Of a stretch of 64,000 nt of DNA, positions 11,381-22,487 are shown piece after piece. Position numbers and translations under genes: made by a program. The stretch is from an uncultured Gammaproteobacteria bacterium (lineage in GTDB: Bacteria; Pseudomonadota; Gammaproteobacteria; DRLM01): NCBI GenBank assembly GCA_963729605.1, contig CAVSNY010000005.1:192001-256000 (forward strand). The letters run 5' to 3'. A model generated the notes under the pieces. The model was not told the DNA's origin. It saw only the letters and a program-made list of their open reading frames with translations, and did no database searches. How positions within the stretch are numbered: the first letter of the stretch is position 1; the number at the start of each line of letters is the position of its first letter.

Positions 11381-11533
11381 TAAGGAACCTCTGATTCATT
11401 CAGAGGTTCCCGCGGCACACCGATGTGCCGCCATTTTCAATGGAGTCAGCCATTGAAAATGGCGGAAGCGAAAATCCCATTTCCGCTGCCCGCGCCCTGA
11501 AAATTCCAGGATGGAATTATTCAGCGCTTTCTT
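11381..11533. mobile_element. MITE-like structured repeat, copy 1
   Basis: Imperfect terminal inverted repeats (TAAGGAACCTCTGATTCATTC / GAATTATTCAGCGCTTTCTTG) and internal hairpins; similar to 58819-58958. Confidence 0.6.
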
Positions 11534-11602
11534 GAGTCCCGGCGACCGGTCTCAGCGCATTCGTCAGCGCCGTCGGACAACGGATCCGGCGCGTGCCTGG
11601 TA

Positions 11603-12175
11603 TTACTCCAGCAGCCGCCGCACCGGACCGAATGTCCGCCGATGCACCGGCGTGACGCCCAGCAGTTCCAGCGCGGCGACGTGATCCTTGGTGGGATAAC
11701 CCTTGTGGCGGGCGAAGCCGTAACCGGGATAGTGGTTTTCCATGACTATCAGCTCGCGGTCGCGCGCGACCTTGGCGAGTATGGACGCGGCGGAAATCGC
11801 CGGCACGGTTTCGTCGCCCTTGATGACGGCTTCGGCGCGGCACGGCAACTCGGGACAACGATTGCCGTCGACCAATACCAGCACCGGCGCGCAATGCAAG
11901 GCCAGCACCGCGCGCCGCATGGCGAGCATGCTGGCCCATAAAATATTCAAGGTATCGATTTCATCCACTTCGGCGCGCGCCACCGCCCAGGCCCAGGCCT
12001 TGCTTTTGATTTCCTCCTCCAGGACGTCGCGCTGCCGTTCGCTGAGTTGTTTGGAATCGGCCAAGCCGGCGATGGGCCGCGCCGGATCGAGTATCACCGC
12101 CGCCGCCATCACCGGTCCGGCCAGCGGGCCGCGCCCGGCCTCGTCCACCCCCGCGATCAAAAACTCATCTGTCAT
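11603..12175 (-). CDS. rnhB: Ribonuclease HII
   Basis: [35 protein letters not shown]. Confidence 0.97.
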   Translation of the reverse strand: MTDEFLIAGVDEAGRGPLAGPVMAAAVILDPARPIAGLADSKQLSERQRDVLEEEIKSKAWAWAVARAEVDEIDTLNILWASMLAMRRAVLALHCAPVLVLVDGNRCPELPCRAEAVIKGDETVPAISAASILAKVARDRELIVMENHYPGYGFARHKGYPTKDHVAALELLGVTPVHRRTFGPVRRLLE

Positions 12176-12300
12176 TGTTATGGTCTCCCTGCTGCGCATA
12201 GGCTAGCCGCTACGCGGCGCGGACACCAGACTTTCCTCGCGTGCGCCCACCGACCCCGCGCGACTTGACGCCGATCGGCCGGGCCGTCACCCTGTGCGGC

Positions 12301-12861
12301 ATGTCGCGAATCCGGCTCATACATGGCGCGTATCTACTGTTATTACTGATCGGCATCGGCCCGGCCCGCGCCGATGAAATCCGCCGACTCGACGTGAGCC
12401 ACGACGCCGGCCGCTACACCGTGCGTTTCGAGGTGATGCTGGACGCGGCGGTGGACCGGGCCCTGCCCCTGATGACGGATCCCGCCCATTGGCCGCGGCT
12501 GTCGGACATCATCACCGAGAGTCATGTGTTGGCCGAGTTGCCCGACGGCAAAAAAAAGGTCGGCGTGAAATTCGAAGGCTGCATCTTGTTCATCTGCAGA
12601 ACCCTGGTCAAGACCGAGCTTTTGGAGCGACTGCCCACCGGGGAAATTACCACCCTCGCCCTGCCCGATCAGAGTGATTTTCTCTACGCCCGCGAAGTGT
12701 GGCGGATCACCGGCGACGATACGCACACCCGCGTGGAATACCAGGCCGAACTGGTGCCCGACTTCTTCGTGCCGCCGCTGATCGGGCCTTATCTCTTGCA
12801 GAAAAAAATCCGATCGCTGCTCACTCAAACCGCGCACAATCTCGAACGGCTCGCCCGGTAA
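12301..12861 (+). CDS. Exported SRPBCC/START-like (polyketide cyclase-fold) protein
   Basis: Signal peptide ending ARA; CILFIC and PDFFVPPLIGP motifs typical of this group. Confidence 0.65.
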   Translation: MSRIRLIHGAYLLLLLIGIGPARADEIRRLDVSHDAGRYTVRFEVMLDAAVDRALPLMTDPAHWPRLSDIITESHVLAELPDGKKKVGVKFEGCILFICRTLVKTELLERLPTGEITTLALPDQSDFLYAREVWRITGDDTHTRVEYQAELVPDFFVPPLIGPYLLQKKIRSLLTQTAHNLERLAR

Positions 12862-13010
12862 CACCGCCGTGAATTATCGTGCGCCACGAGGGACGATGAT
12901 TCTTGTGGCGGCCGGGAATTTTTTACTTTATATTTCGGCGCAACGCGTTTGGGGACGCCATGCGGCGCAAGCCGCGCAGGAACAATTGATTATTATAAGG
13001 AGTGACGGCC

Positions 13011-13220
13011 ATGCCAAAATCAGCGAACGACGAGGGTCTTGTTTCCGTAGAGGACTTTGCCGAGGGTGAGACTTGGAGTGATGGCAACGCCGAAACCGGC
13101 GGCACGCAAAAACCCGCCACGGCAGCGCGCTACACACCGAAATGGCGCAATATCGAACAGTACTGGGAAGAAAAACGCCTGCGTGAACAGCTCAAGGACG
13201 AGTTGCTCGACGGCGCCTGA
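13011..13220 (+). CDS. Small acidic protein, PA3496/DUF3545-like
   Basis: AAGGAG RBS; C-terminal WRNIEQYWEEKRLREQL motif. Confidence 0.6.
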   Translation: MPKSANDEGLVSVEDFAEGETWSDGNAETGGTQKPATAARYTPKWRNIEQYWEEKRLREQLKDELLDGA

Positions 13221-13253
13221 TCTCAGCTGGCATTCGAGACACGAAATGGCGTT

Positions 13254-13385
13254 TGATCCATTCAGAGATCGCGGCATACGGAGACACCGCCATCGTCGAT
13301 GGCCGCCGGCGATTGAAGATGAAGGGCGGCGAACTGGCGTGTTCCGTTTTCCGCTCTCCTGAGGTTCAGCAGGGAATTTTTCAGG
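13254..13385. repeat. Degenerate third copy of the MITE-like repeat
   Basis: CATTCAGAG..CGCGGCA..CCGCCAT..CGATGG..ATTGAAGATGAAGGG, colinear with the copies at 11381 and 58819. Confidence 0.45.
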
Positions 13386-13393
13386 ATATAGCT

Positions 13394-13424
13394 ATGCAGC
13401 CTCTCCCCCTCGGAGAGGCTGCAT
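13394..13424. terminator. Hairpin between convergent genes (probable terminator)
   Basis: 13-bp perfect stem ATGCAGCCTCTCC/GGAGAGGCTGCAT; no clear U-tract. Confidence 0.5.
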
Positions 13425-13471
13425 CCAAGCCTCAAACACGGCGCCGGATTATCGAAAGCGGCCGGACATCT

Positions 13472-14956
13472 TCAAGGCATCCCCGCCACATATCCCATCG
13501 GCAGCTCCACGCGGCGCACGAACTCCTCGATGATGGTTTGATACAGCATGTCGCCCAGGCAGGCGTCTTCGACCCCGGTCTCCAGGTTGGGATTGTCGTT
13601 CACCTCGATGACGTACAACTGATCGCCGAACTGTTTCATATCGACGCCGTAGAAACCGCTGCCGATCGCGTTGGCCGCCTTCAGCGCCACCTCGACGATC
13701 TTGCCCGGCACCTGTTCGATGGGCCAGGCCTTGAAGGCGCCTTGGGTGAAATTGCCCGATGAATCGTGCTTGACGATCTGCCAATGCTTGGGCGGCATGA
13801 AGTATTGACAGGCGAATAGCGGCTTGCGGTTGAGGATGCCGATACGCCAATCGAATTCGGTATAAACGAATTCCTGCACCAGGATCAGATCGGATTCCTT
13901 GAACAGCCGTTCGGCGATGTCGTTGGCGTCTTTTTCGTTCTCGGCCTTGAACACCCCGCGCGAAAACGAACCGTCGGGGATCTTGATCACCAGCGGATAA
14001 GGCATCTGTCCTTCCAGAGGTTTGGTGTTGCCTTTGCGCAGGATCACCGTCTTCGGCACCGGAATATTGTGGGCCTTCATCACCTCGGTGAGAAACACCT
14101 TGTTGGTACATTTCAGTATCGAGTCCGGATCGTCGATCACCACCATGCCTTCGCTCTCGGCCTTTTTCGCGAAGTGATAGGTGTAATGATCGACCTGGGT
14201 GGTCTCGCGGATGAACAGCGCGTCGTATTCGGCGAGTTTGGCGTAATCCTTCTTCTCGATCAGGTCCACGTCGACATTGAGGCGTTTGCCGATCTTGATG
14301 AACTTCTTCAACGCCGCGGCGTTGGAAGGCGGCAGCCTCTCGTTGGGATTGTGCAGTATCGCCAGATCGCAGCGCGACATCTTGAAGGCGCGCGGCATGC
14401 GCCAGCGCCGCCCGAGGTGGGCGCTCAAGGTATCGACGAAAAAGGTTTGCTGCTCGGCGGTGATGTTGCTGAGCGACAGCGGTTTGATCGACGATATCTG
14501 CCAGGTATCGCGCCGTTTCAGCTCCACCCGCAGCAGCGGGCAGGGAAACTGATCGAAGATTTGGCGCGCCACGTCTTGCAGATAGGCGAATTCACCCTGG
14601 CCGAAAAAGATGTGGAACTGGAAGGTGCTCCCGGCCGGATCGGTGCGCTTCGCCAGAATCTTCTGCACCCGGTCGTCGAGGTCTTCGAGATTGAGGCTGT
14701 ACACCGCCTTGCTGCTGAGGTCGCTCAAGGTCTTGACGCTGGGAATCACCCGGTGCCAGCGCGCCTCGGCCAGCAGGGAACAGTAATAGCCCAAACTCAG
14801 GTAGCGGTAGCTGCGGCAGAGGTTGATGACTTTTTCGTGCTTGGACTTGAGATACTCGGGATTGGCGATATATTCCTTGGCCTCGATGATATTGGCCTCG
14901 GGAAAATGCGGTTCCCAATCTTTGCGGTTTTCTACGACGATGGTATGGGTTGACAT
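13472..14956 (-). CDS. RimK-family ATP-grasp ligase with N-terminal RLAN-type domain
   Basis: INLCRSYRYLSLGYYCSLLAEAR N-terminus; PLVIKIPDGSFSRGV, YGVDMK and IEVNDNP ATP-grasp motifs. Confidence 0.9.
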   Translation of the reverse strand: MSTHTIVVENRKDWEPHFPEANIIEAKEYIANPEYLKSKHEKVINLCRSYRYLSLGYYCSLLAEARWHRVIPSVKTLSDLSSKAVYSLNLEDLDDRVQKILAKRTDPAGSTFQFHIFFGQGEFAYLQDVARQIFDQFPCPLLRVELKRRDTWQISSIKPLSLSNITAEQQTFFVDTLSAHLGRRWRMPRAFKMSRCDLAILHNPNERLPPSNAAALKKFIKIGKRLNVDVDLIEKKDYAKLAEYDALFIRETTQVDHYTYHFAKKAESEGMVVIDDPDSILKCTNKVFLTEVMKAHNIPVPKTVILRKGNTKPLEGQMPYPLVIKIPDGSFSRGVFKAENEKDANDIAERLFKESDLILVQEFVYTEFDWRIGILNRKPLFACQYFMPPKHWQIVKHDSSGNFTQGAFKAWPIEQVPGKIVEVALKAANAIGSGFYGVDMKQFGDQLYVIEVNDNPNLETGVEDACLGDMLYQTIIEEFVRRVELPMGYVAGMP

Positions 14957-14986
14957 TGGATTTCCGGTCTATCCTCGCTGCTTTTT

Positions 14987-16162
14987 TTAGCGACTGCCCG
15001 CACGGGTCGGTTTCTGTCCTTGTACCGCCCGCGTCGGCGTTAATTTTTCCAATACGCCTTTTGGTGTCTCGACGCGCCGTTTCAAAATCAGCACGGCCTT
15101 TTGCCCGGCCTTGCCGTAGCGCGCCATGCGCTCGAAATCTTTGCGCAGGATGGGCATATCCACGCAATCGGTGATGGTCTTGCCGACTTCTTTATCGACG
15201 AAGGGATCGTGGACGTAGATGAAGCGCTCGTCGAAGCCGGTGACCACCACCCAGTGGGGGAATTTCTCGTGATAAATGCGATAGGAGCTGATCAGCACGA
15301 TGGGAATGCCGCCCTGCTCGAACTGCTGCTGCAAGGCAACCACGCCGATCACGCCGTAGTGGATTTTCACCGGCACGCTGCGCAACTCGTTGACGAAATC
15401 CTCCTGCACCAGCCGCATCACTTCCTTCTTTTCCTGGCTGCGCACCGAGTCGACGAACAGGGCGCGTTCGTCGTTGACGAACACCTCCACGTCGAAGCCG
15501 CGGTGATAGGCGGACAAGGCCAGGCCGTAAGGTCCGCAGCCGCCGTGGCCCGAGGTCATGAAGATGGTGGTGGACTCGCGCCAGATCCGCAGCTCCAGCA
15601 TGCGATCCAGCACGATGCTGGGATCGAGGGCCTTCATCGCCATCAGCAAGGCGGACGGGCCGCAGGTGAAATCGAGGGTCTGTTCGTAGAACGGCACCCG
15701 CGCCATGGCCGGCGCCAGCTCCTGGGTCAGCGATTTCTCGAAGCGCACCGCGTCCATGTGGTCTTCGTAATAATCGGAATAGAGACCGAATTCACGATAG
15801 CCGTGGCGTTTGAACAAGGCGATCGACGCCACGTTGTCCTTACGAATTTCCAGGCGCAGCGTCACGCAGTCGTTGCGGGTGGCCTCCTCTTCGGAGGCGC
15901 GCACCAGAGCACCGGCCACGCCTTGGCGCTGAAAGTCGGGATCGACCGCCAGTGAATACAAACGGGCCAGCGAGGTGCCGGTGTTGAACAGCAACATGGA
16001 ATAACCGCGCATCACGCCGTCTTCCACGTCCACCACGGTTTCGGAATTACCCTTGGTCAACAGATAACGGAAATTGCGCCGCGACAGACGGTCGGTGTCG
16101 AAACAACGGTTCTCGATCCTGACCAGTTCCTCAAGATCATCCAGTGTGGCGTGGCGTATCAT
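14987..16162 (-). CDS. GNAT (RimI-like) acetyltransferase fused to peptidase C39-like (DUF3335) domain
   Basis: N-terminal LYSLAV..QRQGVA, LRLEIR, YYED; C-terminal QTLDFTCGP (catalytic Cys), PHWVVV, HDP. Confidence 0.88.
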   Translation of the reverse strand: MIRHATLDDLEELVRIENRCFDTDRLSRRNFRYLLTKGNSETVVDVEDGVMRGYSMLLFNTGTSLARLYSLAVDPDFQRQGVAGALVRASEEEATRNDCVTLRLEIRKDNVASIALFKRHGYREFGLYSDYYEDHMDAVRFEKSLTQELAPAMARVPFYEQTLDFTCGPSALLMAMKALDPSIVLDRMLELRIWRESTTIFMTSGHGGCGPYGLALSAYHRGFDVEVFVNDERALFVDSVRSQEKKEVMRLVQEDFVNELRSVPVKIHYGVIGVVALQQQFEQGGIPIVLISSYRIYHEKFPHWVVVTGFDERFIYVHDPFVDKEVGKTITDCVDMPILRKDFERMARYGKAGQKAVLILKRRVETPKGVLEKLTPTRAVQGQKPTRAGSR

Positions 16163-16303
16163 GGCGCCTATCCTATCACGGGGCGGGCGCCTACTAAAAA
16201 GGCAAATGGCGCGCAGCCGGCCGGTCCGCAGCGTCGCTTACAAGGCCATTAATTTCTTGCGATAACAGCGGTACACTAGCCGGCGGGACGAGGGAGGACC
16301 GCC

Positions 16304-18001
16304 ATGCCGGATACACGCTTTGACCAGTATTACCGCTACGCCGCGCTCAGCGCGGAGCTGCACGCGCTCGCCGCCCGGCACCCGGCCCTGATGCGGCTCG
16401 CCAGCATCGGCAAAAGCCACGAAGGCCGCGAGGTCTGGCTGGCCACCGTCACCACCTTCGACCACGGCGACGATCGTGACAAACCGGCCTTTTGGGTGGA
16501 CGGCAACATCCATGCCCCGGAGCTGGCGGGTTCCACCGCCTGCCTGTATTTCATCCACGACCTGCTCGACGGCTACGGCCGCGACCCGGACATCAGCCGC
16601 TGCCTCGACAGCCGCGTCTTTTATATCTGTCCGCGCGTCAATCCGGACGGCGCCGAATGGGCGCTGGCCGACCCGCCCAAACTCATCCGTTCCAGTACCC
16701 GGCCCTATCCTTACGCTGAAGAAACGGTGCGCGGCCTGATCCGCGAAGACATCGACGGCGACGGCCGGGTGTTGAGCATGCGCATCCGCGACCCCGACGG
16801 TCCCTGGAAAATCTCGGCGCGGGATACGCGCCTGCTGGTGCCGCGCGAACCGATCGAAACCGGCGGCGAATATTACCGGCTGTTGCCGGAGGGACGCCTG
16901 GAAAATTACGACGGCCATTTGATACACACCCCGCCGCCGGCCCAAGGCCTGGACCTCAACCGCAACTTCCCGGCCAAATGGCGCGAAGAGTCGCAACAAA
17001 CCGGCGCCGGCCCCTTCCCCACCTCCGAACCCGAAGTGCAAAACCTGGTGCGTTTCATCGCCGACCACCCCAACATCTGCGGCGGCGTGGCCTTTCATTG
17101 TTACAGCGGCGTGTTGCTGCGGCCGCTGTCTTATCAGAGCGACGAGGACATGCCCGCCGAAGACCTGTGGGTGTACCGCAAGATCGGCGACCAGGGCACG
17201 ACGCTCACCGGCTATCCCGCCGCGTCGGCCTATCACGAATTCCGCTATCACCCCAAAGAGATCATCACCGGCGCCTTGGACGATTGGCTGTACGAACAGC
17301 AGGGGGTATTCGCCTGGACCGTGGAGATCTGGAGTCCGCAACGCCAGGCCGGCATCGGCGACTACCGCTACATCGACTGGTATCGCGACCATCCCGTCGA
17401 AGACGATTTGAAATTATTGAAGTGGAACGACGAGGTGCTGAACGGCACGGGCTTCGTGGATTGGTATGCCGTCGATCATCCGCAACTCGGCCGCGTCGAA
17501 TTGGGCGGCTGGGATTCGCTGTTCACCTTTTGGAATCCACCGCCGGCCTTGTTGGAACAGGAGATCGCCCGTTTTCCGAAATGGCTGGTATGGCACGCCC
17601 TGCTCTCGCCGCGTTTGGAGTGGCATGACCTCAGCGCCACGCCGGTCGGCGATGAGGTGTATTTGATCCGCGCCGTGGTGCGCAACAGCGGCTGGCTGCC
17701 GAGTTACGTCACCAAGCTCGCCGCCGAAAAGAAACTGGTGCGCGGCGTGATCTGCGAATTGGAATTACCCGACGGCGCGCGCCTGCTGCAAGGCGAACCG
17801 CGGATCGAGATCGGCCAGCTGGAAGGCCGCGCCCACAAACCGTCCTCTACTTTCGGCTGGGCGGGCAGCGTGAGCGACCCGACCCTGCATCGCGCCAAGG
17901 CCGAGTGGCTGGTGCAGGCGCCGGCGGGCGCGGTGATCACGGTGCGCGCGCGCCACGCCCGCGCCGGCGCGCTCAGCGCCGAACTCAGCTTGCGTCCTTA
18001 A
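16304..18001 (+). CDS. M14 family zinc carboxypeptidase
   Basis: HAPE zinc motif, NPDG, DLNRNF, SEPE, FHCYSG; GGAGG RBS. Confidence 0.9.
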   Translation: MPDTRFDQYYRYAALSAELHALAARHPALMRLASIGKSHEGREVWLATVTTFDHGDDRDKPAFWVDGNIHAPELAGSTACLYFIHDLLDGYGRDPDISRCLDSRVFYICPRVNPDGAEWALADPPKLIRSSTRPYPYAEETVRGLIREDIDGDGRVLSMRIRDPDGPWKISARDTRLLVPREPIETGGEYYRLLPEGRLENYDGHLIHTPPPAQGLDLNRNFPAKWREESQQTGAGPFPTSEPEVQNLVRFIADHPNICGGVAFHCYSGVLLRPLSYQSDEDMPAEDLWVYRKIGDQGTTLTGYPAASAYHEFRYHPKEIITGALDDWLYEQQGVFAWTVEIWSPQRQAGIGDYRYIDWYRDHPVEDDLKLLKWNDEVLNGTGFVDWYAVDHPQLGRVELGGWDSLFTFWNPPPALLEQEIARFPKWLVWHALLSPRLEWHDLSATPVGDEVYLIRAVVRNSGWLPSYVTKLAAEKKLVRGVICELELPDGARLLQGEPRIEIGQLEGRAHKPSSTFGWAGSVSDPTLHRAKAEWLVQAPAGAVITVRARHARAGALSAELSLRP

Positions 18002-18041
18002 TTCGGGGGACAACGCGCCGCCGCCAAAGAGAGCGGATGCC

Positions 18042-18090
18042 AACCACCCCGGCCCGGCGGGCCACCCCTCCTTAAAACCTAAGGAGGGGA
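18042..18090. repeat. CCCCTCC/GGAGGGG palindromic repeat half
   Basis: AACCACCCCGGCCCGGCGGGCCACCCCTCCTT...AAGGAGGGGA, nearly the same as the copy at ~2755-2800. Confidence 0.8.
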
Positions 18091-18231
18091 TGACATCGCA
18101 CATCGATCATCGCCCACAATCAACTAGACGCACCGGCAACTCTCGGCTCTTCTTCGGAGGGGCGAAATAGTGCGCGCCAGGCATCATCCGCCCTTGCACG
18201 TTTTATCGCGTCACTCCGCCCGCCACACAGG

Positions 18232-19410
18232 TCAGAGCGATTCACTCGCCGGATCAAGCGGAGAACCGCGCCGCCGTTGCGTCACCAATTCCACCACCGC
18301 GTCGGCGGCGCGCTGATCGGCGTCTCGGCGCAGAGTGCGATGAATCTCGGTGAAGGTCGCCGCGAGTTGCACGCGGCCCGCTTTATCATCCAGCCAATTC
18401 AAAACGGCGGCGGCCACCTTGGCCGGCGTCGCCGCGTCCTGTATCAACTCCGGCACCAAGTCACGCCCCGCCAGCAAATTGGGCAGCGAATAATGCGGCA
18501 CCTTCACCAGCCGCTGCGCCAGCCAATAGGTGAGCGGCGACAAACGGTACGCCATCACCGGCGGACACTTGAGCAGCAGGGCTTCCAGGGTGGCGGTGCC
18601 CGAAGCCACCATCACCGCGTCGGCGGCGGTGAGCGCGACGTGGGCCTTGCCCTGCACGATGGTCACCGGCAAGCGCGGCGCCAAGGCCTGTAAGCGGGCC
18701 GCGAATAATTCCTGCGTGGCGGCCGTCGCCAGCGGCGCGACGAAGCGCAGCCCCGGCCGTTGCTCGGCGCACGCACGCGCCGCTGCGATGAAGATGTCGC
18801 CCAAGGCCCGCACCTCGCTCAGGCGGCTGCCGGGCAGGATCGCGACCACCTCGCCGTCCCGCGGCAAACCCAACTCGGCGCGCGCAGCATGCCGATCGGG
18901 GGTCAGCGGCAAGGCGTCGGCGAGGGGATGGCCGACGTAACGCACCGGGACGCGATGGGCCTCGTAAAAGGCGGCCTCGAAGGGAAACAAGGTCAGCATC
19001 AAGTCCACGGCGCGGGCGATCTTGCGCAAGCGGTATTGCCGCCACGCCCACACCGACGGACTGACGTAATGCACGGTGGGAATACCGGCGGTTTTCAATT
19101 GGCGTTCCAGGCCCAGGTTGAAGTCCGGCGCGTCGATGCCGATGAACACATCGGGCGGCTCGGCGAGAAAATGCCGCACCACCGCCTTGCGGATCGCGAA
19201 CAATTCGCGCAGATGCCCCAGCACTTCGGTGAGGCCCATCACCGCGAGTTTTTCCGAGGGAAACAACGCTTGGCAGCCGGCGGCGATCATGCGCGGCCCG
19301 GCGATGCCGGTAAATACCGCGTCGGGATAACGCTGTTTGAGCGCGGCGATCAGGCCGGCGCCGAGCAGATCGCCCGAGGCCTCCCCCGCGACCAGGCCGA
19401 TACGGATCAT
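18232..19410 (-). CDS. lpxB: Lipid-A-disaccharide synthase
   Basis: [40 protein letters not shown]. Confidence 0.97.
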   Translation of the reverse strand: MIRIGLVAGEASGDLLGAGLIAALKQRYPDAVFTGIAGPRMIAAGCQALFPSEKLAVMGLTEVLGHLRELFAIRKAVVRHFLAEPPDVFIGIDAPDFNLGLERQLKTAGIPTVHYVSPSVWAWRQYRLRKIARAVDLMLTLFPFEAAFYEAHRVPVRYVGHPLADALPLTPDRHAARAELGLPRDGEVVAILPGSRLSEVRALGDIFIAAARACAEQRPGLRFVAPLATAATQELFAARLQALAPRLPVTIVQGKAHVALTAADAVMVASGTATLEALLLKCPPVMAYRLSPLTYWLAQRLVKVPHYSLPNLLAGRDLVPELIQDAATPAKVAAAVLNWLDDKAGRVQLAATFTEIHRTLRRDADQRAADAVVELVTQRRRGSPLDPASESL

Positions 19411-19430
19411 CCTAAAAACCGGGGATGTGA

Positions 19431-19546
19431 ACCACGGAGGACACGGAGCAAGACGGGGTGGCGTTGAGCGAGCGCAGCTATTGAATGACGACGACAAGGG
19501 CGCACGGTCGTTGCTTTCCCTCGGTAATCTCCGCGTCTTCCGTGGT
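19431..19546. repeat. Inverted repeat ACCACGGAGGACACGGAG / CTCCGCGTCTTCCGTGGT between lpxA and lpxB
   Basis: 18-bp imperfect inverted arms about 80 bp apart. Confidence 0.6.
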
Positions 19547-19577
19547 CAACCGCTTTTTTCAGGATCATGAACGGCGG

Positions 19578-20348
19578 TTAACGGACGATGCCGCGGCTGG
19601 ATTTTTCCAGAAAGCGGATCATCTCGCCCACCTCCGGCGTCGCTTCGGCCAAGCCGCGCATCTGTTCGATCGCGTCTTTCAAAATGAGATTGGAGCGATA
19701 GAGAATTTTATAGGCGCGGCGCAACTGGGCGATGGTCTCGCTGCTGAAACCGCGGCGGCGCAGGCCTTCGACGTTGAGGCCGTGCGGCGCGCCGGGATGA
19801 CCCGCCACCATCACGTAAGGCGGCACGTCCTTGGCGACACCGCTGCCGAAGGCGGTGAAACTATGGGCGCCCAAGGTGCAAAACTGATGCACTTGCGTGA
19901 ATCCGCCGAGGATCACTTGATCCTCCACCACCACATGGCCGGCCAGCGAGGCGTTGTTGGCGAAGATGGTCTGATTGCCGATCAGACAATCGTGGGCCAG
20001 ATGCACGTAGGCCATGATCCAATTATCGTGGCCGATGCGGGTGACGCCGCCGCCCTGCACGGTGCCGCGATTGAAGGTGCAGAACTCGCGAATGACGTTG
20101 CGGTCGCCGATCTCCAGCAAGGTGGGTTCGCCTTGATATTTTTTATCCTGCGGCATCTCGCCCAAGGACGAAAACTGGAAAATTTTATTGTCGCGGCCGA
20201 TGCGGGTGGGACCGTTGATGACCACATGCGGGCCTACCCAAGTGCCCGCGCCGATGACCACATCGGGGCCGATGATGGAAAACGCCCCGATATGCACATC
20301 CGCCGCCAGTTCGGCCTTGGGATCGATAATCGCGCGCGGATCGATCAA
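19578..20348 (-). CDS. lpxA: UDP-N-acetylglucosamine acyltransferase
   Basis: Hexapeptide repeats, PQDKKY, HLAHDC, DVPPY; TTG start inferred. Confidence 0.96.
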   Translation of the reverse strand: MIDPRAIIDPKAELAADVHIGAFSIIGPDVVIGAGTWVGPHVVINGPTRIGRDNKIFQFSSLGEMPQDKKYQGEPTLLEIGDRNVIREFCTFNRGTVQGGGVTRIGHDNWIMAYVHLAHDCLIGNQTIFANNASLAGHVVVEDQVILGGFTQVHQFCTLGAHSFTAFGSGVAKDVPPYVMVAGHPGAPHGLNVEGLRRRGFSSETIAQLRRAYKILYRSNLILKDAIEQMRGLAEATPEVGEMIRFLEKSSRGIVR

Positions 20349-20869
20349 ACTTCTACTTCCCGGTGGGCGCACATCAGATCGGCGCTGGCCACGATCCGGC
20401 CGTCCACCTTCACTTCGCCGCTGAATTTCCAGACACCGCGCATGGCCCGCGTCAGCTTGACCTCGAGGATCATCTGATCGCCGGGTTCGACCGGCTGTTT
20501 GAAGCGGGCGTTGTCGATGGCGGCAAGATAATAGGTCGAACCGCTGGCCGGCGTGGTCTGCGCGGTTTTAAACGCCAGTATGCCGGTGGCCTGCGCCAGG
20601 GCTTCCAGGATCAACACGCCGGGCATCACCGGGCGGCGGGGAAAATGGCCGGTGAAATAGTGTTCGTTGAAGGTGACGTTTTTCAACGCCACCAGCGATT
20701 CGCCCGGCGTAAAGGCCAACACCCGATCGATCAGCAAAAACGGATACCGGTGGGGCAGATATTTCAACACTTCGTGGATATCCATCGCGCAGTCCGCGCC
20801 CTCCGCGCGTTTCGCTTCGCCGGCCCCGCATTCAGCGCCGCCGTTTTTCAACGGTATTTCATCTGTCAT
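20345..20869 (-). CDS. fabZ: 3-hydroxyacyl-ACP dehydratase
   Basis: [27 protein letters not shown]; alternative start at 20785. Confidence 0.96.
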   Translation of the reverse strand: MTDEIPLKNGGAECGAGEAKRAEGADCAMDIHEVLKYLPHRYPFLLIDRVLAFTPGESLVALKNVTFNEHYFTGHFPRRPVMPGVLILEALAQATGILAFKTAQTTPASGSTYYLAAIDNARFKQPVEPGDQMILEVKLTRAMRGVWKFSGEVKVDGRIVASADLMCAHREVEV

Positions 20870-20893
20870 GATAATGGTCCTTGAACTGAAATC

Positions 20894-21925
20894 TCATTCG
20901 CCGCCGCGTTCCTTGAAGACCTTTTCCAAGCGCCGCAGGCGGCGCGCCATGTCATCGAGCTGATGAAACCGCGCATAATTTTTCCGCCAGTCGCGATTGG
21001 GTTCCAGCGGCGTCCCCGACGAATACAAACCGGGTTCGCGGATGGAATGCGCGACGAACGACATGCCGGTGATGTGCACGTCATCCGCGATCTCGGTGTG
21101 GCCGACGATGCCGACGCCGCCGCCGATGGTGCAGCGCGCGCCGATCCGGGCACTGCCGGCGATGCCCGTGCAGCCGGCGATCGCGGTGTGCGCGCCGATG
21201 CGCACATTGTGAGCCACTTGAATCTGATTATCTAGCTTCACTCCGTCTTCGATGACGGTATCGTCCAGCGTGCCCCGGTCGATGGTGGTATTGGCTCCGA
21301 TCTCCACATCGTCGCCGATAGTGACGGCGCCCAACTGCGGTACCTTCACCCAGGACCCGCGGGCGTTGGCGAAACCGAAACCGTCGCTGCCGATCACCAC
21401 CCCCGGGTGGATCACCGCCCGTTTCCCGATGCGGGTCCGCTCGCCGATCGAGACGTTGGCCGACAAACGGCTGCCTTCGCCGATCTCACTGCCACGCGCG
21501 ATTACACAGCCCGGACCGACGGTCACCCCGGCGCCGATGCGCACCTGATCCTCGATCACCGCGTTGGCATCGATCCAGGCGCTGGGATGCACCTCGCTGC
21601 CGGGATGCACCACCGCGCGCGGATGCCGGCCTTCGCTGCGGGGCGGGATCGGCATCAGCAAGGCCGCGATGCGGGCATAGGCCAGATACGGATCGCGCGC
21701 CACCAAGGCATGGGTGTCGCATGCGTCCAGATATTCTTCGGAAAGTATCACCGCGGACGCGGCGGTCGCGGTCAGGTGTTTGGCGTAACGCGGATTGGAC
21801 AAAAAGGAAATGTCGCCGGTCTTGGCATTCTGCAGCGTAGCCACCCCGCTGATGACGCAGGCGGCGTCGCCGCGGACCCGCCCTTCCACGTATTCGGCCA
21901 GCTGCCCCAAGGTCTGCATCGGCAT
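20894..21925 (-). CDS. lpxD: UDP-3-O-acylglucosamine N-acyltransferase
   Basis: [34 protein letters not shown]. Confidence 0.97.
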   Translation of the reverse strand: MPMQTLGQLAEYVEGRVRGDAACVISGVATLQNAKTGDISFLSNPRYAKHLTATAASAVILSEEYLDACDTHALVARDPYLAYARIAALLMPIPPRSEGRHPRAVVHPGSEVHPSAWIDANAVIEDQVRIGAGVTVGPGCVIARGSEIGEGSRLSANVSIGERTRIGKRAVIHPGVVIGSDGFGFANARGSWVKVPQLGAVTIGDDVEIGANTTIDRGTLDDTVIEDGVKLDNQIQVAHNVRIGAHTAIAGCTGIAGSARIGARCTIGGGVGIVGHTEIADDVHITGMSFVAHSIREPGLYSSGTPLEPNRDWRKNYARFHQLDDMARRLRRLEKVFKERGGE

Positions 21926-21935
21926 CCCCGGCCGG

Positions 21936-22469
21936 CTATTTGTTCTTCACCGCCGCGCCGCCCGCGGAAGTACGCAGTTTGTCCAACACCTTGTCGGTGA
22001 GGTCGATGGTGGTGCTGGCGTAAGCGATTCCTTCGTAGACGATCAGATCGTAATTCTGTTCCTTGCCGATGTTCTCGATCGCCTGTTGCACGAACTCCAG
22101 CAGCTTGCCGATCTCTTCGTTGCGGCGCAGATTGAGGTCCTCGCGAAACTCACCGGCGGCGCGGCGCAAATCGCGCTTCAAGGCATCGATATCCCGTTCC
22201 ACCCGGCGCCGCTCGTTTTCACTCATCACCGCGCCGTCGCGGGCCAGTTGATCTTCCAACTGTTTGAGTTTTCTCTGGTCGCTCTGGAGTGCGGCCTCTT
22301 TGGCCGAGAATTCTTCCTTAAGCCGTTTCGACACCTCGGCGGCCTGCGGCGATTCCTCCAGCAGGCGCGCCGCGTTCACGTAGCCGATTTTCAAATCGGC
22401 GCCAACCGCCGGCGCCGTCGCCGCCAGCAATCCCAATAACAACCAAATCCGTTTCGCCATCACGTTCAA
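21936..22469 (-). CDS. skp: Periplasmic chaperone Skp/OmpH
   Basis: Signal peptide, KIGYVN, coiled coil, YDLI..DLTDKV; lies between bamA and lpxD. Confidence 0.92.
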   Translation of the reverse strand: MNVMAKRIWLLLGLLAATAPAVGADLKIGYVNAARLLEESPQAAEVSKRLKEEFSAKEAALQSDQRKLKQLEDQLARDGAVMSENERRRVERDIDALKRDLRRAAGEFREDLNLRRNEEIGKLLEFVQQAIENIGKEQNYDLIVYEGIAYASTTIDLTDKVLDKLRTSAGGAAVKNK

Positions 22470-22487
22470 CGCTCTCTCTATGAATGA

